Part shown: positions 1 to 10,681 of the stretch, piece after piece
Layout: each line of letters opens with the position of its first letter
Numbering within the stretch: position 1 is the stretch's first letter
Assembly (NCBI GenBank): GCA_963715985.1
Contig: CAVQSP010000010.1
Location: forward strand, 243,679 to 307,678
Origin: an uncultured Thermoleophilia bacterium
Lineage (GTDB): Bacteria > Actinomycetota > Thermoleophilia > UBA2241
Direction: 5' to 3'
Length of the DNA: 64,000 bases
The notes under the pieces: model-generated
Seen by the model: the letters and a program-made list of their open reading frames with translations, nothing else
Told to the model about the DNA's origin: nothing
The model's database searches: none
Translations under genes and position numbers: made by a program

Positions 1-123
1 CTGCGCTGACGAGCTCTTCACCTGTGCGACCCCATTGTGCGGGGTCGTCGCTCGTCGTAGCCTGCCACCGCGGCATGCGACGTACGCCGCGGTGCACCGT
101 CACGAGGCCGGACAGGAGCCGCC

Positions 124-981
124 ATGGCAGACCCACCCTTCGTCTCGAACTCCACCGGGCGGCTGCGCAAGGTCCTCCTGTGTCCCCCCACGTATTTCGG
201 CTTCCTCCCGATCAACGAGATCACCAAAGGCGTGCTCGCCCACGGCGAGACCCCGGACCTCGAGGCGTTCGCGCGCGAGCACGCCGAGCTCGTCGAGGCC
301 TATCGCGCGGCCGGGGTGGAGGTCGTGCTCGCCGACCCCGTGCCCGGCCTCTCGTACATGGTCTACGCCCGCGACTTCGGCGCCTGCCTCGCCGAGGGCG
401 TGCTCATCGGCAGCTTCAAGGAACCGCCGCGCCAGGGCGAGGAGCTCCACTACGAACGCACCGTCCGCGATCTGGGCCTGCCGGTGATCGGGCACGTCAC
501 GCGGGGCGCCTTCGAGGGCGGCGACTTCTGGTACCTGGACGACGCCACCATCGTGCAGGGCGTGGTCGCGCGCACCACGTGGGACGGCGTCCGCAGCGCG
601 GCGGCCATCCTCGAACCGCTGGGCTACACCGTGACCGGCGTGCAGCTCGCCTCCAGGAACCTGCACCTCGACATGGCGTTCAACATCGTGGCCCCCGGTC
701 TGGCCGTCTGCGCCACGGAGCAGATGCCCGCGTTCTTCCTGCGCATGCTGCGCAAGCGCCGCTTCGAGCTGATCGACGTGCCCAGCGAGGGGGTCTTCAA
801 GCACCACTGCAACGTGCAGTGTCTCGGCGACGGCCGCGTGCTCACCTTTGCCGGCAACACTGCCGTCAACGCCAGGCTCAAGGCGCTCGGTCTCGAGGTG
901 CTGACTCCCGAGATCACGCACATCCTCAAGGGCGGGGGCGGCCCGCACTGCATGACGTTCCCGCTCCTTCGCGACCCGTGA
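124..981 (+). CDS. Amidinotransferase/dimethylarginine dimethylaminohydrolase (pentein) family protein
   Basis: Motifs YARD, FEGGD, LHLD and C-terminal GGGPHCMT with catalytic Cys; AGGAG RBS upstream. Confidence 0.85.
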   Translation: MADPPFVSNSTGRLRKVLLCPPTYFGFLPINEITKGVLAHGETPDLEAFAREHAELVEAYRAAGVEVVLADPVPGLSYMVYARDFGACLAEGVLIGSFKEPPRQGEELHYERTVRDLGLPVIGHVTRGAFEGGDFWYLDDATIVQGVVARTTWDGVRSAAAILEPLGYTVTGVQLASRNLHLDMAFNIVAPGLAVCATEQMPAFFLRMLRKRRFELIDVPSEGVFKHHCNVQCLGDGRVLTFAGNTAVNARLKALGLEVLTPEITHILKGGGGPHCMTFPLLRDP

Positions 982-995
982 GCGGGGAGGCACCT

Positions 996-2234
996 GTGGA
1001 CGTGCGCGGCCTGCGTGTCGACGGTGCGCGCCTGCGGGAGAGCCTTGAGCGGATGGCGCAGATCGGGGCGACGCCCGGTGGCGGCGTCCAGCGCCTGGCG
1101 CTCTCCGACGAGGACAAGCGCGCACGAGACCTGCTCGTCTCGTGGTTCGAGGAGATCGCCCTCGAGGTCACGGTCGACGAGATGGGGAGCATCTTCGGCC
1201 GCCGCCGCGGGCGTGATGACGACGAGCCCCCGGTGATGATGGGGTCGCACGTGGACAGCCAGCCCAGGGGCGGCCGCTTCGACGGCATCCTCGGCGTGAT
1301 GGGTGCGCTCGAGGTGCTGCGCACGCTCGCCGACAACGAAGTGCACACGCGGCGGCCGCTGGTGGCGGTCGACTGGACCAACGAGGAAGGGTCCAGGTTC
1401 GCCCCGGCCATGATGGCCTCCGGCGTCTGGTCGGGCCGGCTCGAACGGGACTGGGTGTGGGAGCGCACCGATCTCGCCGGCACTACCGTGCTCGGCGAGC
1501 TGGAACGGATCGGCTACAGGGGCGGCGAAGCCTGTGCGCGCCGGCCCTTCGCCGCCTACTACGAGCTCCACATCGAACAGGGTCCCAAGCTGGACCGGGA
1601 GGGCGTGACCATCGGCGTGCCCAAGGGCATCCTCGGCATCCACTGGTACGACGTCTACGTCGACGGCCGGGCCAACCAGGTCGGGCCGACGCCCATGGCG
1701 GGACGTGCCGACGCGCTGGTCGCGGCCGCCGAGATGATCGTGAGGGTGCGCGAGCTCCCGTCGCTGATCGGCGGAGACCTGGTGGCCACCGTCGGCGCGA
1801 TCCACAACGAGCCGAACTCCCGCAACGTCATCCCGGGTCACGTCCACTTCACGGTGGACATCAGGTCGTGGGACGACGCTCTGGCGCTGCGGGCGTGGCA
1901 CGAGCTCGGCGCCGCGCTGGAGTCGATCGCGACGGTACACGGCTGTGCCATCCGCATGGAGGAGACGTGGCGCGTGCAGCACGTGGAGTTCGCCGCCGAC
2001 CTCGTGCAGCGGGTGGAGGGGTGGGCGCAGGCCCTGGGCTACTCCACGCTGCCCATGGTGAGCGGCGCCGGGCACGATGCGAGCTACATGGCGCTCACGG
2101 GCCCGACGGCGATGATCTTCGTGCCCAGCATCGACGGGCGCAGCCACGTGGAGGTCGAGGACACCACGTGGGCCGACTGCGAGGCCGGCGCCAACGTGCT
2201 CCTGCAGTGCGTGGCGCAGACGGCCGAGGAGTGA
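996..2234 (+). CDS. M20 Zn-dependent N-carbamoyl-amino acid/allantoate amidohydrolase
   Basis: GSHVDSQPRGGRFDG, NEEGSRF, ELHIEQGP, SGAGHDA; GTG start after GGAGG. Confidence 0.9.
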   Translation: MDVRGLRVDGARLRESLERMAQIGATPGGGVQRLALSDEDKRARDLLVSWFEEIALEVTVDEMGSIFGRRRGRDDDEPPVMMGSHVDSQPRGGRFDGILGVMGALEVLRTLADNEVHTRRPLVAVDWTNEEGSRFAPAMMASGVWSGRLERDWVWERTDLAGTTVLGELERIGYRGGEACARRPFAAYYELHIEQGPKLDREGVTIGVPKGILGIHWYDVYVDGRANQVGPTPMAGRADALVAAAEMIVRVRELPSLIGGDLVATVGAIHNEPNSRNVIPGHVHFTVDIRSWDDALALRAWHELGAALESIATVHGCAIRMEETWRVQHVEFAADLVQRVEGWAQALGYSTLPMVSGAGHDASYMALTGPTAMIFVPSIDGRSHVEVEDTTWADCEAGANVLLQCVAQTAEE

Positions 2235-2238
2235 AGGC

Positions 2239-2270
2239 GAGGGCGGCGGGCCTCACGCCCCGCCGCCCTC
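2239..2270. terminator. GC-rich hairpin between convergent genes
   Basis: gagggcggcggg...cccgccgccctc inverted repeat; no U tract. Confidence 0.45.
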
Positions 2271-2303
2271 ACGCCCCGCCGCCCTCCCGCCGTTCGACGT
2301 GAG

Positions 2304-3394
2304 CTAGCCGCGGTCGGCGAGCCTGGTCTGGCCGGCCAGTACGTCCTCCCGCAGGATCTGGCGCATCTTCTCGGGCTCCTCGTAGGCCGGGCTGTGGGCC
2401 GACTGCTCGAACGTGTAGAACCCCTTGACCGGCGCCTTCAACAGGGCAAGGTAGTCCTTGGCCTGGGTGTAGGAGACGGTGCGGTCGTAGATGCCGGACA
2501 CGAAGTAGACGGGGATCTCGAGTTCCGTGATCCGTCCGGTCAGGTCGTCGCCCTGCATCTCATCCCATAGGCCCAAGCCCTTGACGGCGAACTTGCCGCG
2601 CCAGATGTCGAGCTTCTCGCCGACCGTGTATTCACGGTCCGACCAGGACGGCAGGAAGATACCGGTGATCACCGATCTCATGTCGTGCGTCGTCCCGACG
2701 CCGAGGCCGTGCATCGCCGGGTCACGCAGCGCCATGTACTTGCGCGACATCGGCAGCGTCCAGGTGCAGGGGGAGGCCACGAGCTTCCGCACCATCCTCG
2801 CGTCGCCCTTCTCCCCGTACGTGTCGAGCATGTACCGGTACGTGGCCATCTCCGACTTGAGTTGGTACGAGACCTGACCCATGCCGATGTAGGCGCGGTA
2901 CAGCTGCGGATGCTCTGCGGCCGCCTGGATGCCGATGTAGCTGCCCCACGAATGCCCCAGGAGGTAGATCCTGTCCTGGCGGAAGCGCTCTCGGAGGTAG
3001 TTCGTCACGGCGATCGTGTCGGACACGAACTGCTCGCGCGTCATGGTCTCCCGGGGCACGCCGTCGCGTGAGAGCCCCGCGCCGCGCTGGTCCCACCACA
3101 CCACGGTGAAATCGTCCTCGAGACCCGTGGGGTACTTGTGCTCGAGGACGTATCCCGGCATCCCGGGCCCGCCGTGCACGAACAGGAGCACGGGATGCGC
3201 CTTGTCCTTGCTGCGGATGATCATCCCCTGGTCCACGCCGTTGATCTTGACGTGCAGCCTTCTCGTTGATGCTGTCCGGGAGCGGCTTGCCGTTGCTCGT
3301 CGAGGATGGGCCGCAGCTTGCCCGGACTGACGAGCAGGAGGACGACTGCGCAGACGGCCGCGGCCGCGGCCAGGAAGACGACGACGATCACCAT
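2304..3394 (-). CDS. Alpha/beta hydrolase (proline iminopeptidase-like) with N-terminal membrane anchor; frameshifted near 3260-3295
   Basis: HGGPG, DQRGAG, GHSWG nucleophile, SAHSP; hydrophobic N-terminus in another frame from ATG 3394. Confidence 0.8.
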
Positions 3395-3406
3395 GATCCG
3401 TCCTGC

Positions 3407-4159
3407 CTATCGTGCCGGCGACGGAGAGGCGTATCGCTCGAGGCGCCCCATCATGGGGGCCTCGCCTCCGATCTCAGAGTCGGACGGCGCGAGCGTGCCG
3501 GCCGCGTGCAGCGCGTGCAGGCCCAGGGCGAGCGCGCGCATGGCGCGCTCGAACTCGAGACCGGCGCCGAGGGAGGCGCCTGCCGGGAGCATCCGCGTCA
3601 GGTTGGGGTACTGGCCGGGCGGAAACGCGTCCGCAGTGAAGTCCGTCTGACTCGTCTCCTGCTCGTGGTACTCGTTGCGCGTGAGCGAGGCTGCGTGCAG
3701 GTTCGTCGCGCCGAGGATGGTCGTGCCGCAGGTGTCGACGGCGATCATGGCCTCGACCGGGCTGAAGCCGGCGTCGAAGAAGATGCGCGAGAAGGCCTCG
3801 ATCGGGCGCAGCTGGGCGGGCGTGCGGAGAGCGCGGACCGCCACGAGCGGGACTGCCCTGGGGTGGCGCAGAAGCGCTCGCCGGTACTCCAGCCCGGCAG
3901 TGACGACACGCTCTTCCAGACTCGCCGACGGATCGTCGACCGAGAGGTCGATGCCGCTCAGGACTTCGTCAACGACGAGGTCGTAGAGCGCGGCCTTGCT
4001 CGGGACGTGGTAGTAGATGGTGCTGGGGTCGACGCCGAGCTCTGCACCGAGCCGGCGCATCGAGTGACCGGCAAGGCCGAGCTCGTCGATGAGCCCCATC
4101 GATGCCGAGACGATCTGCTCCTGCGTGAGCAGCGGCTGGCTGGCCTTGCGAGGAGCCAC
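3407..4159 (-). CDS. TetR/AcrR family transcriptional regulator
   Basis: HTH SMRRLGAELGVDPSTIYYHVPSK and TetR_C-like C-terminal domain. Confidence 0.9.
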   Translation of the reverse strand: MAPRKASQPLLTQEQIVSASMGLIDELGLAGHSMRRLGAELGVDPSTIYYHVPSKAALYDLVVDEVLSGIDLSVDDPSASLEERVVTAGLEYRRALLRHPRAVPLVAVRALRTPAQLRPIEAFSRIFFDAGFSPVEAMIAVDTCGTTILGATNLHAASLTRNEYHEQETSQTDFTADAFPPGQYPNLTRMLPAGASLGAGLEFERAMRALALGLHALHAAGTLAPSDSEIGGEAPMMGRLERYASPSPAR

Positions 4160-4186
4160 TTCGAACCACCTCCGACGTGTCGTGTA

Positions 4187-4232
4187 TCCAACGACGTTGG
4201 AGAAGGTATCAAACGATGTTGGAATACGTCAA
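4187..4232 (-). promoter_or_regulatory. tetR promoter with two palindromic operators
   Basis: TCCAAC-gac-GTTGGA (4187-4201) and TCAAAC-gat-GTTGGA (4209-4223); minus-strand TTGACG -35 at 4227-4232. Confidence 0.7.
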
Positions 4233-4263
4233 GAGGTGGTGGTCGGTCACGTCGCAGCGAGCA

Positions 4264-4299
4264 GAAGGGCGGCGGGGCCTCTCGGCCCCGCCGCCCTTC
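4264..4299 (-). terminator. Perfect 16-bp hairpin downstream of trpB2
   Basis: gaagggcggcggggcc-tctc-ggccccgccgcccttc. Confidence 0.6.
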
Positions 4300-4401
4300 G
4301 CGACGTCTCGCCTCACGTCACCTCTCCGGGTGACGATCTCGTCTGCGTCTCGGTGTGCGGTGTGCCTTCGGCGCACTCGCACGGTAGGCTCGCTTCGTCG
4401 T

Positions 4402-5768
4402 CTACTCGACCTTCGGAAGCCTGGCGATGGACGCCGCGATGGCTTCCTCCGGGTGGTCGTAGTCTTCGAGCTGGCCGCTGAGGTAGCTGTCGTAGGCGCC
4501 GAGGTCGAGGAAGCCATGGCCGGTGAGGTTGAAGAGGATGTTCCTGCTCACGCCCTCTTCCTTGGCCTTGAGCGCTTCGTCGATCGTCGTGCGGATCGCG
4601 TGGGCGCTCTCCGGCGCCGGCACGATGCCCTCGGTCTGCGCGAACAGCCGGGCCGCATCGAAGACCTTGGTCTGCGGCACGGCCACGGCGTCGATCAGAC
4701 CCAGGTCGTAGACGTGGCTGAGGAGCGGCGCCATGGCGTGGTAGCGCAGCCCGCCGGCGTGGATGCCGGCCGGCATGAAGTCGTGGCCCAGCGTGTACAT
4801 CTTGAACAGCGGCGTGGTCTGCGCCTCGTCGCCGAAGTCGTAGCGGAACTGGCCCTTGGTGAGTGAGGGGCAGGCCGTGGGCTCGACGGCGACGAACCGG
4901 GTGTTCGTCTTGCCGGCGAGGTTCTCGCGCAGGAAGGGGAAGGCGATGCCGCCGAAGCTCGAGCCGCCGCCCACGCAGCCGATGACGACGTCCGGGTACG
5001 CGTCGGCGTCCTGGCACTGCAGGATGGCTTCCTCACCGATGATCGTCTGATGCAGCAGCACGTGGTTGGTGACGCTGCCCAGCGCGTACTTGGAGCCGGG
5101 GTGCGTGACGGCGTCTTCCACGGCCTCGCTGATGGCGATGCCGAGGCTGCCCAGCGAGTCCGGGTCCTCGGCCAACACTGCGCGGCCGGCGTTGGTCTGG
5201 TCACTGGGGCTGGGGATCACGATCGGCGCCCCAGAGCTGCATCATGCTGCGCCGGTACGGCTTCTGGTGGTAGCTGACCTTGACCATGTAGACCATGCAC
5301 TCGAGGCCGAACATCTGGCAGGCCATGCTGAGCGCGCTGCCCCACTGGCCGGCGCCGGTCTCGGTGGCAAGGCGCGTGGTGCCGTCGAGCTTGTTGTAGT
5401 ACGCCTGCGCGACGGCGGTGTTGCTCTTGTGCGAGCCGGCCGGGCTGACGCCCTCGTACTTGAAGAAGATCTTGGCCGGCGTGTCGAGCGCCTTCTCGAG
5501 GCCGGTGGCGCGGATCAGCGGCGACGGCCTCCAGATGCGGTAGATCTGGTGGACCTCTTCGGGGATCTCGATGTAGCGCTCGGCCGAGACCTCCTGCGCG
5601 ATGATGCTCGGCGGGAAGATCGGCGAGAGGTCGTCGGGACCGGCCGGCTGCAGGGTGGCCGGGTTGAGCGGCGGCGCCGGCGGCGTCGGGAAGGTCGGGC
5701 ACGATGTTGTACCAGGCCTTGGGGATCCTCTCCTCGTCAAGGACGAACTTCTTCTTGTACTCGCTCAT
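4402..5768 (-). CDS. trpB2: TrpB-like PLP enzyme (TrpB2); frameshifted near 5215 and 5690
   Basis: [15 protein letters not shown] lysine, [26 protein letters not shown]. Confidence 0.9.
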
Positions 5769-5916
5769 GACCTACCTCCTTTCGCGGAACGCGCGTCCGT
5801 GTGATGGGCGGTATCGGGATGCACTGATGCTGCTCTCCGTGTCCGGGTACGGGACGACCACACGATGTGGTCCGGGGGTGCGGGCAGGGCCCGCGCGGGT
5901 GTCGAAGAAGGGCGCG

Positions 5917-5991
5917 CTACGCGCGCCAGAGCCAGCGACGCCACGTGGCGCAAGCGGTGGTGCTGCGGCTATGGGCGTCGCGGGTCGGCAT
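5917..5991 (-). CDS. Putative trp attenuation leader peptide (24 aa)
   Basis: MPTRDAHSRSTTACATWRRWLWRA* has three Trp codons and ends 149 nt upstream of trpB2. Confidence 0.65.
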   Translation of the reverse strand: MPTRDAHSRSTTACATWRRWLWRA

Positions 5992-6001
5992 CGTGGGCGG
6001 G

Positions 6002-6029
6002 ATTCTACCATCGTGAGGGGCGCGCGCAA
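6002..6029 (-). promoter_or_regulatory. Sigma-70-type promoter of trp leader/trpB2
   Basis: TTGCGC-16nt-TAGAAT with extended TG; ATG lies 10 nt downstream. Confidence 0.6.
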
Positions 6030-6053
6030 GCGCGCGCCCTGCCGGAGCGTGCG

Positions 6054-7732
6054 TCAGAGCGGCATGGGGGCCGCTGGTCGCGGCGTCGTCCACCCCCGGC
6101 TCGATGACGTCGCGCAGCGGGTAGGGCGAGCCCGGCCGCGCGAACAGGAACCCCTGGCCGTGGACGATGCCGAGGTCCAGCAGGGCGTCCAGCTGCGCGC
6201 GTGTCTCGATGCCCTCGGCCACCAGCCCGATGCCGGCCTGGTCGCAGAAGTCGCGCAGGGTGCCCACCAGCTTCTGCTTCACGTGGGACCGCTCGATGCC
6301 TCGCGTGAGACTCATGTCCAGCTTGATGAAGTCCGGCTCGATCTCGACCATCGTCTGGAGGCCGGAGTACCCCGCCCCCGCGTCGTCCACGGCGATGCGG
6401 AAGCCGCGTTCGCGGAGCCGGCGCACCACGTCGCGCATGTGGGCGAAGTCCTCGATGACGCTCTTCTCCGTGATCTCCATGACGGTGAGCTTGCGCAGGT
6501 CGTGAGGCGTGGCCGCGACGAACTCCTCCGTCCACAGCTCCCCGACCATGTGCGAGAAGAGCGCGCTGGGTTCCGTGTTGATGAAGCGCAGGCACGCGGT
6601 GCGGCAGGGTGGCGCTGCCGCGCGCTGCCGCGATGCGGCAGACGCGGTCGAGCTCGTGCAGGCGGTGTTCCGCGCGCGCCGTCTCGAAGAGGGCGTCGGC
6701 GAAGTGCAGCTCGCTGCGCACCGGCCCTCGCGCGAGCAGCTCGTAGCCCAGCACGGCGAAGTCGCTGAGGGTCACGATGGGCTGGTACACGCAGCTGATC
6801 TGGCTCCCGGTGAGTACCCGGTCCAGCTCCTCGCCCAGCCGGTGCCTGGTCTGGCTGCGCTCGTGCTCGATGCTGAGGGTGGCCTGCTCGATCGCCTCGA
6901 GCAGCGCGCGCCTGAACCGGACCTTGGGCGACTGCACCAGGCGCGCGCAGCCCACGTAGAGGTCGATGGGCGCGAAGAGCCGCTCCTCGAGCTCGCTCCG
7001 GAGGTGGTCGGTGAGCTCACGCTCGAGACGCTCCTTGACGAGGAGCAGGTCGTCGTCTTTCACCGGGCCGCTCTCGCGGGGGGGTGCGAGGACGAGCAAG
7101 AAGGCGTCCCCGAGACTCGCGGCCGAGAGGTAGTCGTCCTCGCGGACGAGGCGCCCCGGCGTCTCTTTGAGGCGCCGCGAGACGGCGCGGAAGACCTCGT
7201 CGACCGCCTCGAAGCCGTGCTGCCGCTCGAGGGCGTGGATACCGTCGATGGTCACGTACAGCAGGCCGAGCTGGGCGTGGTCCTGGGCCTGCCTCTGGAT
7301 CTGGACCTGCACGCTGGCCAGCGTCGGCAGGCCGGTGATCTCGTCGTGGTACACGGAGGCGTCGCGCAGGACGTCCTTGACCGTCTGCAGGAGGCGCTCC
7401 GTCTGGAACGGCTTGGTGATGTACGCGGAAGCCCCCGCGCGGTTGGCCTCGACCATGTTGGCCAGCTCGGTCTTGGCCGTGAGGAACACCACCGGGATGT
7501 CCTTGGTGTAGCCGAACTGCAGCTCGCGGCAGACCTGGTAGCCGTCCATGCCCGGCATCATCACATCCAGCAGGATGAGGTGAGGGTGTCCGGTGAAGGC
7601 GAGCTCGAGGCCCCTCTCGCCGCTGTGCGCGGCCAGCGCCTCGTAGCCGTGCGCGCGCAGGATCTCGCAGACCAGGGATGTGAGGTCCGGGTCGTCGTCG
7701 ATGATCAGCACGCGGATCGCGTCGGTGGCCAT
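6054..7732 (-). CDS. Response regulator REC-degenerate GGDEF-EAL phosphodiesterase; frameshifted near 6600, 3' end approximate
   Basis: LIIDDD/LLDVMMP receiver; SLGDAF at the GGDEF position; ELLAR, AVDDAGAGYS, IKLD, AEGIE, QGFLF. Confidence 0.85.
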
Positions 7733-7855
7733 TCCCCTCCCCCGGAGGCCCCTGGGTTCTACCCACGTCCTCTCTTTCGGCCTGTCGTCCCCAAAGGTTG
7801 AGCCGACAAAGTACACTAGCTGCGGTACGGAACCGTGAGGCTGCAGGAGGCGCAC

Positions 7856-8815
7856 ATGAAAGGGTACGGCCCGGCGGACCCGCTGCAGACGCCCCGCTTT
7901 GCCGGGATCTCCACGTTCCTGCGTCTGCCGCACACCACGCATCTGGACGGGGTGGACGTCGCCTTCGTCGGCCTGCCCTTCGACACCGGCGTGAGCTTTC
8001 GCGCCGGCGCGCGCTTCGGCCCCAAGGCCATCCGCGAGGGGTCGCTCTCGTTGCGCCCGGCGTACAACATGGCGCAGCGCGTCGCCGTGTTCGACAAGGT
8101 CTCGGCCATCGACTACGGAGACTCCGGGGTCGTGCCGGGGTTCACCGAGCGGTCCTACGAGCGCATGGTGGCGTCCCTGCAGCCGATCTGCGAGGCCGGC
8201 GCCGTGCCCATCGGCTTCGGCGGCGACCACAGCGTGCTGCTCGCGGAGCTGCGCGCCGTTGCGGCCACGCACGGCCCCGTCGCCCTCGTCCAGTTCGACG
8301 CGCACTCAGACACCTGGGACGAGTACTTCGGTGAGAAGTACACGCACGGCACCGTTGTGCGGCGCGCCGTGGAGGAGGGCCTCATCGACCCCAAGCGGTC
8401 CACGCTGATGGGCATGCGCGGCGGTCTGTACGCGCCGGACGACCTCGACCAGGCCCGCGACATGGGGTTCACCGTCCTCCCGTGGGAGGATCTCGCGCAC
8501 CTCGGTACGGGGGCCGTGGCGGCGGCCGTGGACCGCGCCACGGGCAAGTCCTTCCTGACGTTCGACATCGATTTCGTGGACCCGGCGTTCGCGCCGGGCA
8601 CGGGCACGCCGGAGTGCGGCGGGCCGACCTCCATGCAGGCGCTCTCGCTGCTGCGCGCCTGCCGCGGCCTGCACATCGTGGGCGCCGACGTGGTGGAGGT
8701 GCTGCCCGACCTGGACAGCTCGCATCTCACCGGCACGCTGGCGGCCACAGTGGCGTGGGAGATCCTCAGCCTCATCGCCGCCGAGTGGCCCGCCGAAGAG
8801 GGCGCCACGTCGTGA
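7856..8815 (+). CDS. speB: Agmatinase / ureohydrolase
   Basis: GGDHS, FDAHSD, DIDFVDPAFAPGTGTP; GGAGG RBS. Confidence 0.85.
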   Translation: MKGYGPADPLQTPRFAGISTFLRLPHTTHLDGVDVAFVGLPFDTGVSFRAGARFGPKAIREGSLSLRPAYNMAQRVAVFDKVSAIDYGDSGVVPGFTERSYERMVASLQPICEAGAVPIGFGGDHSVLLAELRAVAATHGPVALVQFDAHSDTWDEYFGEKYTHGTVVRRAVEEGLIDPKRSTLMGMRGGLYAPDDLDQARDMGFTVLPWEDLAHLGTGAVAAAVDRATGKSFLTFDIDFVDPAFAPGTGTPECGGPTSMQALSLLRACRGLHIVGADVVEVLPDLDSSHLTGTLAATVAWEILSLIAAEWPAEEGATS

Positions 8816-9663
8816 GCGGTCCGCTGCTGACCGTCGCCTGCGTGCAGATGAACACGCGCGACGACGCGGCCGCCAACCTGCGCTCGGCGGCCGCGCTTGT
8901 GGAGGAGGCGGCGGGCGCGGGCGCCCGCCTCATCGCCCTGCCGGAGACGTGGCTGTTCAAGGGCCGCAGCGCCGGCATCCGTGCCGGCGCGGAGGCGGTG
9001 CAAGGGCCGGGCAACGCCGCCCTCGCGCAGCTGGCGGCGCGTTTCGGCGTCTACGTGCTGGCCGGCTCCATCTACGAGCCCGCCGGCCCGGACGGCCGGG
9101 TGTACAACACCTCCGCGCTCTTCGGCCCCGACGGCGGCCTGCTCGCCGCGTACCGCAAGATCCACCTCTTCGACGTGGTCGCCGGCGACAAGGTGTACAG
9201 CGAGTCGGAGGACGTGCGCGCCGGCGCGGACTTGGTGACGGCGACCATCGACGCCGGCGCCGGACGGGGCGAGGCCGCGCCCGTCACGCTCGGCCTCTCG
9301 ATCTGCTACGACCTGCGCTTTCCCGAGCTCTACCGCAGCCTCGCGCTGATGGGGGCGCAGGTGCTCTGCGTGCCGTCGGCGTTCACGGCGCTCACGGGCG
9401 CGGCGCACTGGGAGGTGCTGCTGCGCGCCCGGGCCGTGGAGAACGGCTGCTTCGTCGTCGCCCCGGGCCAGGTCGGCGAGCACCTGCCGGGGCGTGCCTG
9501 CTTCGGCCACAGCATGATCGTCGACCCGTGGGGCGAGATCCTCGCCGAGCTGCCGGACGGTATCGGTATCTGCCTCGCCGAGATAGACCTCGGACGCGTC
9601 GCCGCCGTGCGCGGGCAGATACCGTCGCTGCAGAACCGGCGTCCGGACGCCTACCGGCTCTAG
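8812..9663 (+). CDS. Carbon-nitrogen hydrolase (Nit1/deaminated glutathione amidase-like)
   Basis: LPE, YRKIHLFD, ICYDLRFPE, HWEVLLRARAVEN; GTGA overlap with speB. Confidence 0.85.
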   Translation: MSGPLLTVACVQMNTRDDAAANLRSAAALVEEAAGAGARLIALPETWLFKGRSAGIRAGAEAVQGPGNAALAQLAARFGVYVLAGSIYEPAGPDGRVYNTSALFGPDGGLLAAYRKIHLFDVVAGDKVYSESEDVRAGADLVTATIDAGAGRGEAAPVTLGLSICYDLRFPELYRSLALMGAQVLCVPSAFTALTGAAHWEVLLRARAVENGCFVVAPGQVGEHLPGRACFGHSMIVDPWGEILAELPDGIGICLAEIDLGRVAAVRGQIPSLQNRRPDAYRL

Positions 9664-9715
9664 GCGGGGGCTGCGGCCGGCGTCGCGCCGGCTCAGGACT
9701 GTGTGGTGGCCGGGG

Positions 9716-10594
9716 TCAGGCCGCGGCCGGCCGGCGCTCCGCCAGCCGGCGCCGCACGAACGCGACGATGATGCCCACCACGAACCCCACGAGCACGCCG
9801 GCGGCCACGTTGAGCGACATGCTCGGGCCGCTGGGTGAGTCCGGCGGCACCGCCTCGTGGAGGATGCGGGGCTGCTCCACCTGCTTGGCGGTGAACAGCA
9901 TGAGCTCGGTCTTCTGGTTGGAGGAGGCCAGGGCCTCCTGCTCGGTGGCGGCCGCCTGGACCACGGCCACGTAAGGGGCCGAGGCGGCGGCCCTCTCGGC
10001 GGCACTGCCGCCGCCCTTGGCGATGGCCATCAGGGCCGCCTGCGCCGCCACGACGCGGGCGTTGGCGGCGGTGAGCTGCTTCTGCCCCTGCGCCAGCTGT
10101 GCCTCGAGCAGTGCGATCTTGCCGGACACGCCGGGGCTGATGCGGTCGACGAGCACCTCGGCGAGGGCGTTCGCCCCGGCCGTGGCACGCAGCTTGTTGG
10201 AGTCGGTCACGGTGATGACGACGATGTTGACCACCGACGTGGACGTCTTCACCGTGGACGACGGTGTGACCACCGTGGTCTCTTTGCGCAGGCGCTTCGC
10301 GGTGATCTCCACCTCGCTCCGCTTGGCCGCCTCGTTGAGCACCGCCTGGCTGGCGAGCAGCTGGGTGGCCGCCTTGGAGTTGGAGTTCAGACCGGCCATG
10401 GGGTTGCCGTTGGCGTCGGTGGTCTGGCCGATGTACACGGTGGAGGTGGCGCTGTACTCCTTGGGCGACGCCATGGTGACGACGGCGCCCACGACGCCGC
10501 CCAGCACGACGAGGCCGAGGATGATCCACCAGTTGCGCAGCAGGGTGGAGAACCAGGACCCGACGTCGATGGTGGTGCCGTTGTCGCTGCTCAT
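9716..10594 (-). CDS. Wzz-like polysaccharide chain-length determinant
   Basis: Two terminal TM helices, PKEYSATSTV, coiled coil, Pro-rich motif before TM2. Confidence 0.7.
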   Translation of the reverse strand: MSSDNGTTIDVGSWFSTLLRNWWIILGLVVLGGVVGAVVTMASPKEYSATSTVYIGQTTDANGNPMAGLNSNSKAATQLLASQAVLNEAAKRSEVEITAKRLRKETTVVTPSSTVKTSTSVVNIVVITVTDSNKLRATAGANALAEVLVDRISPGVSGKIALLEAQLAQGQKQLTAANARVVAAQAALMAIAKGGGSAAERAAASAPYVAVVQAAATEQEALASSNQKTELMLFTAKQVEQPRILHEAVPPDSPSGPSMSLNVAAGVLVGFVVGIIVAFVRRRLAERRPAAA

Positions 10595-10681
10595 GCGGTC
10601 CTTTTCGTGAGAGTCACCGGGACATCCTACCGCAGGCGCCCCGTGGCGCGCCGCCGGGGGCGCGCTGAGAGGGCGGCGCGC

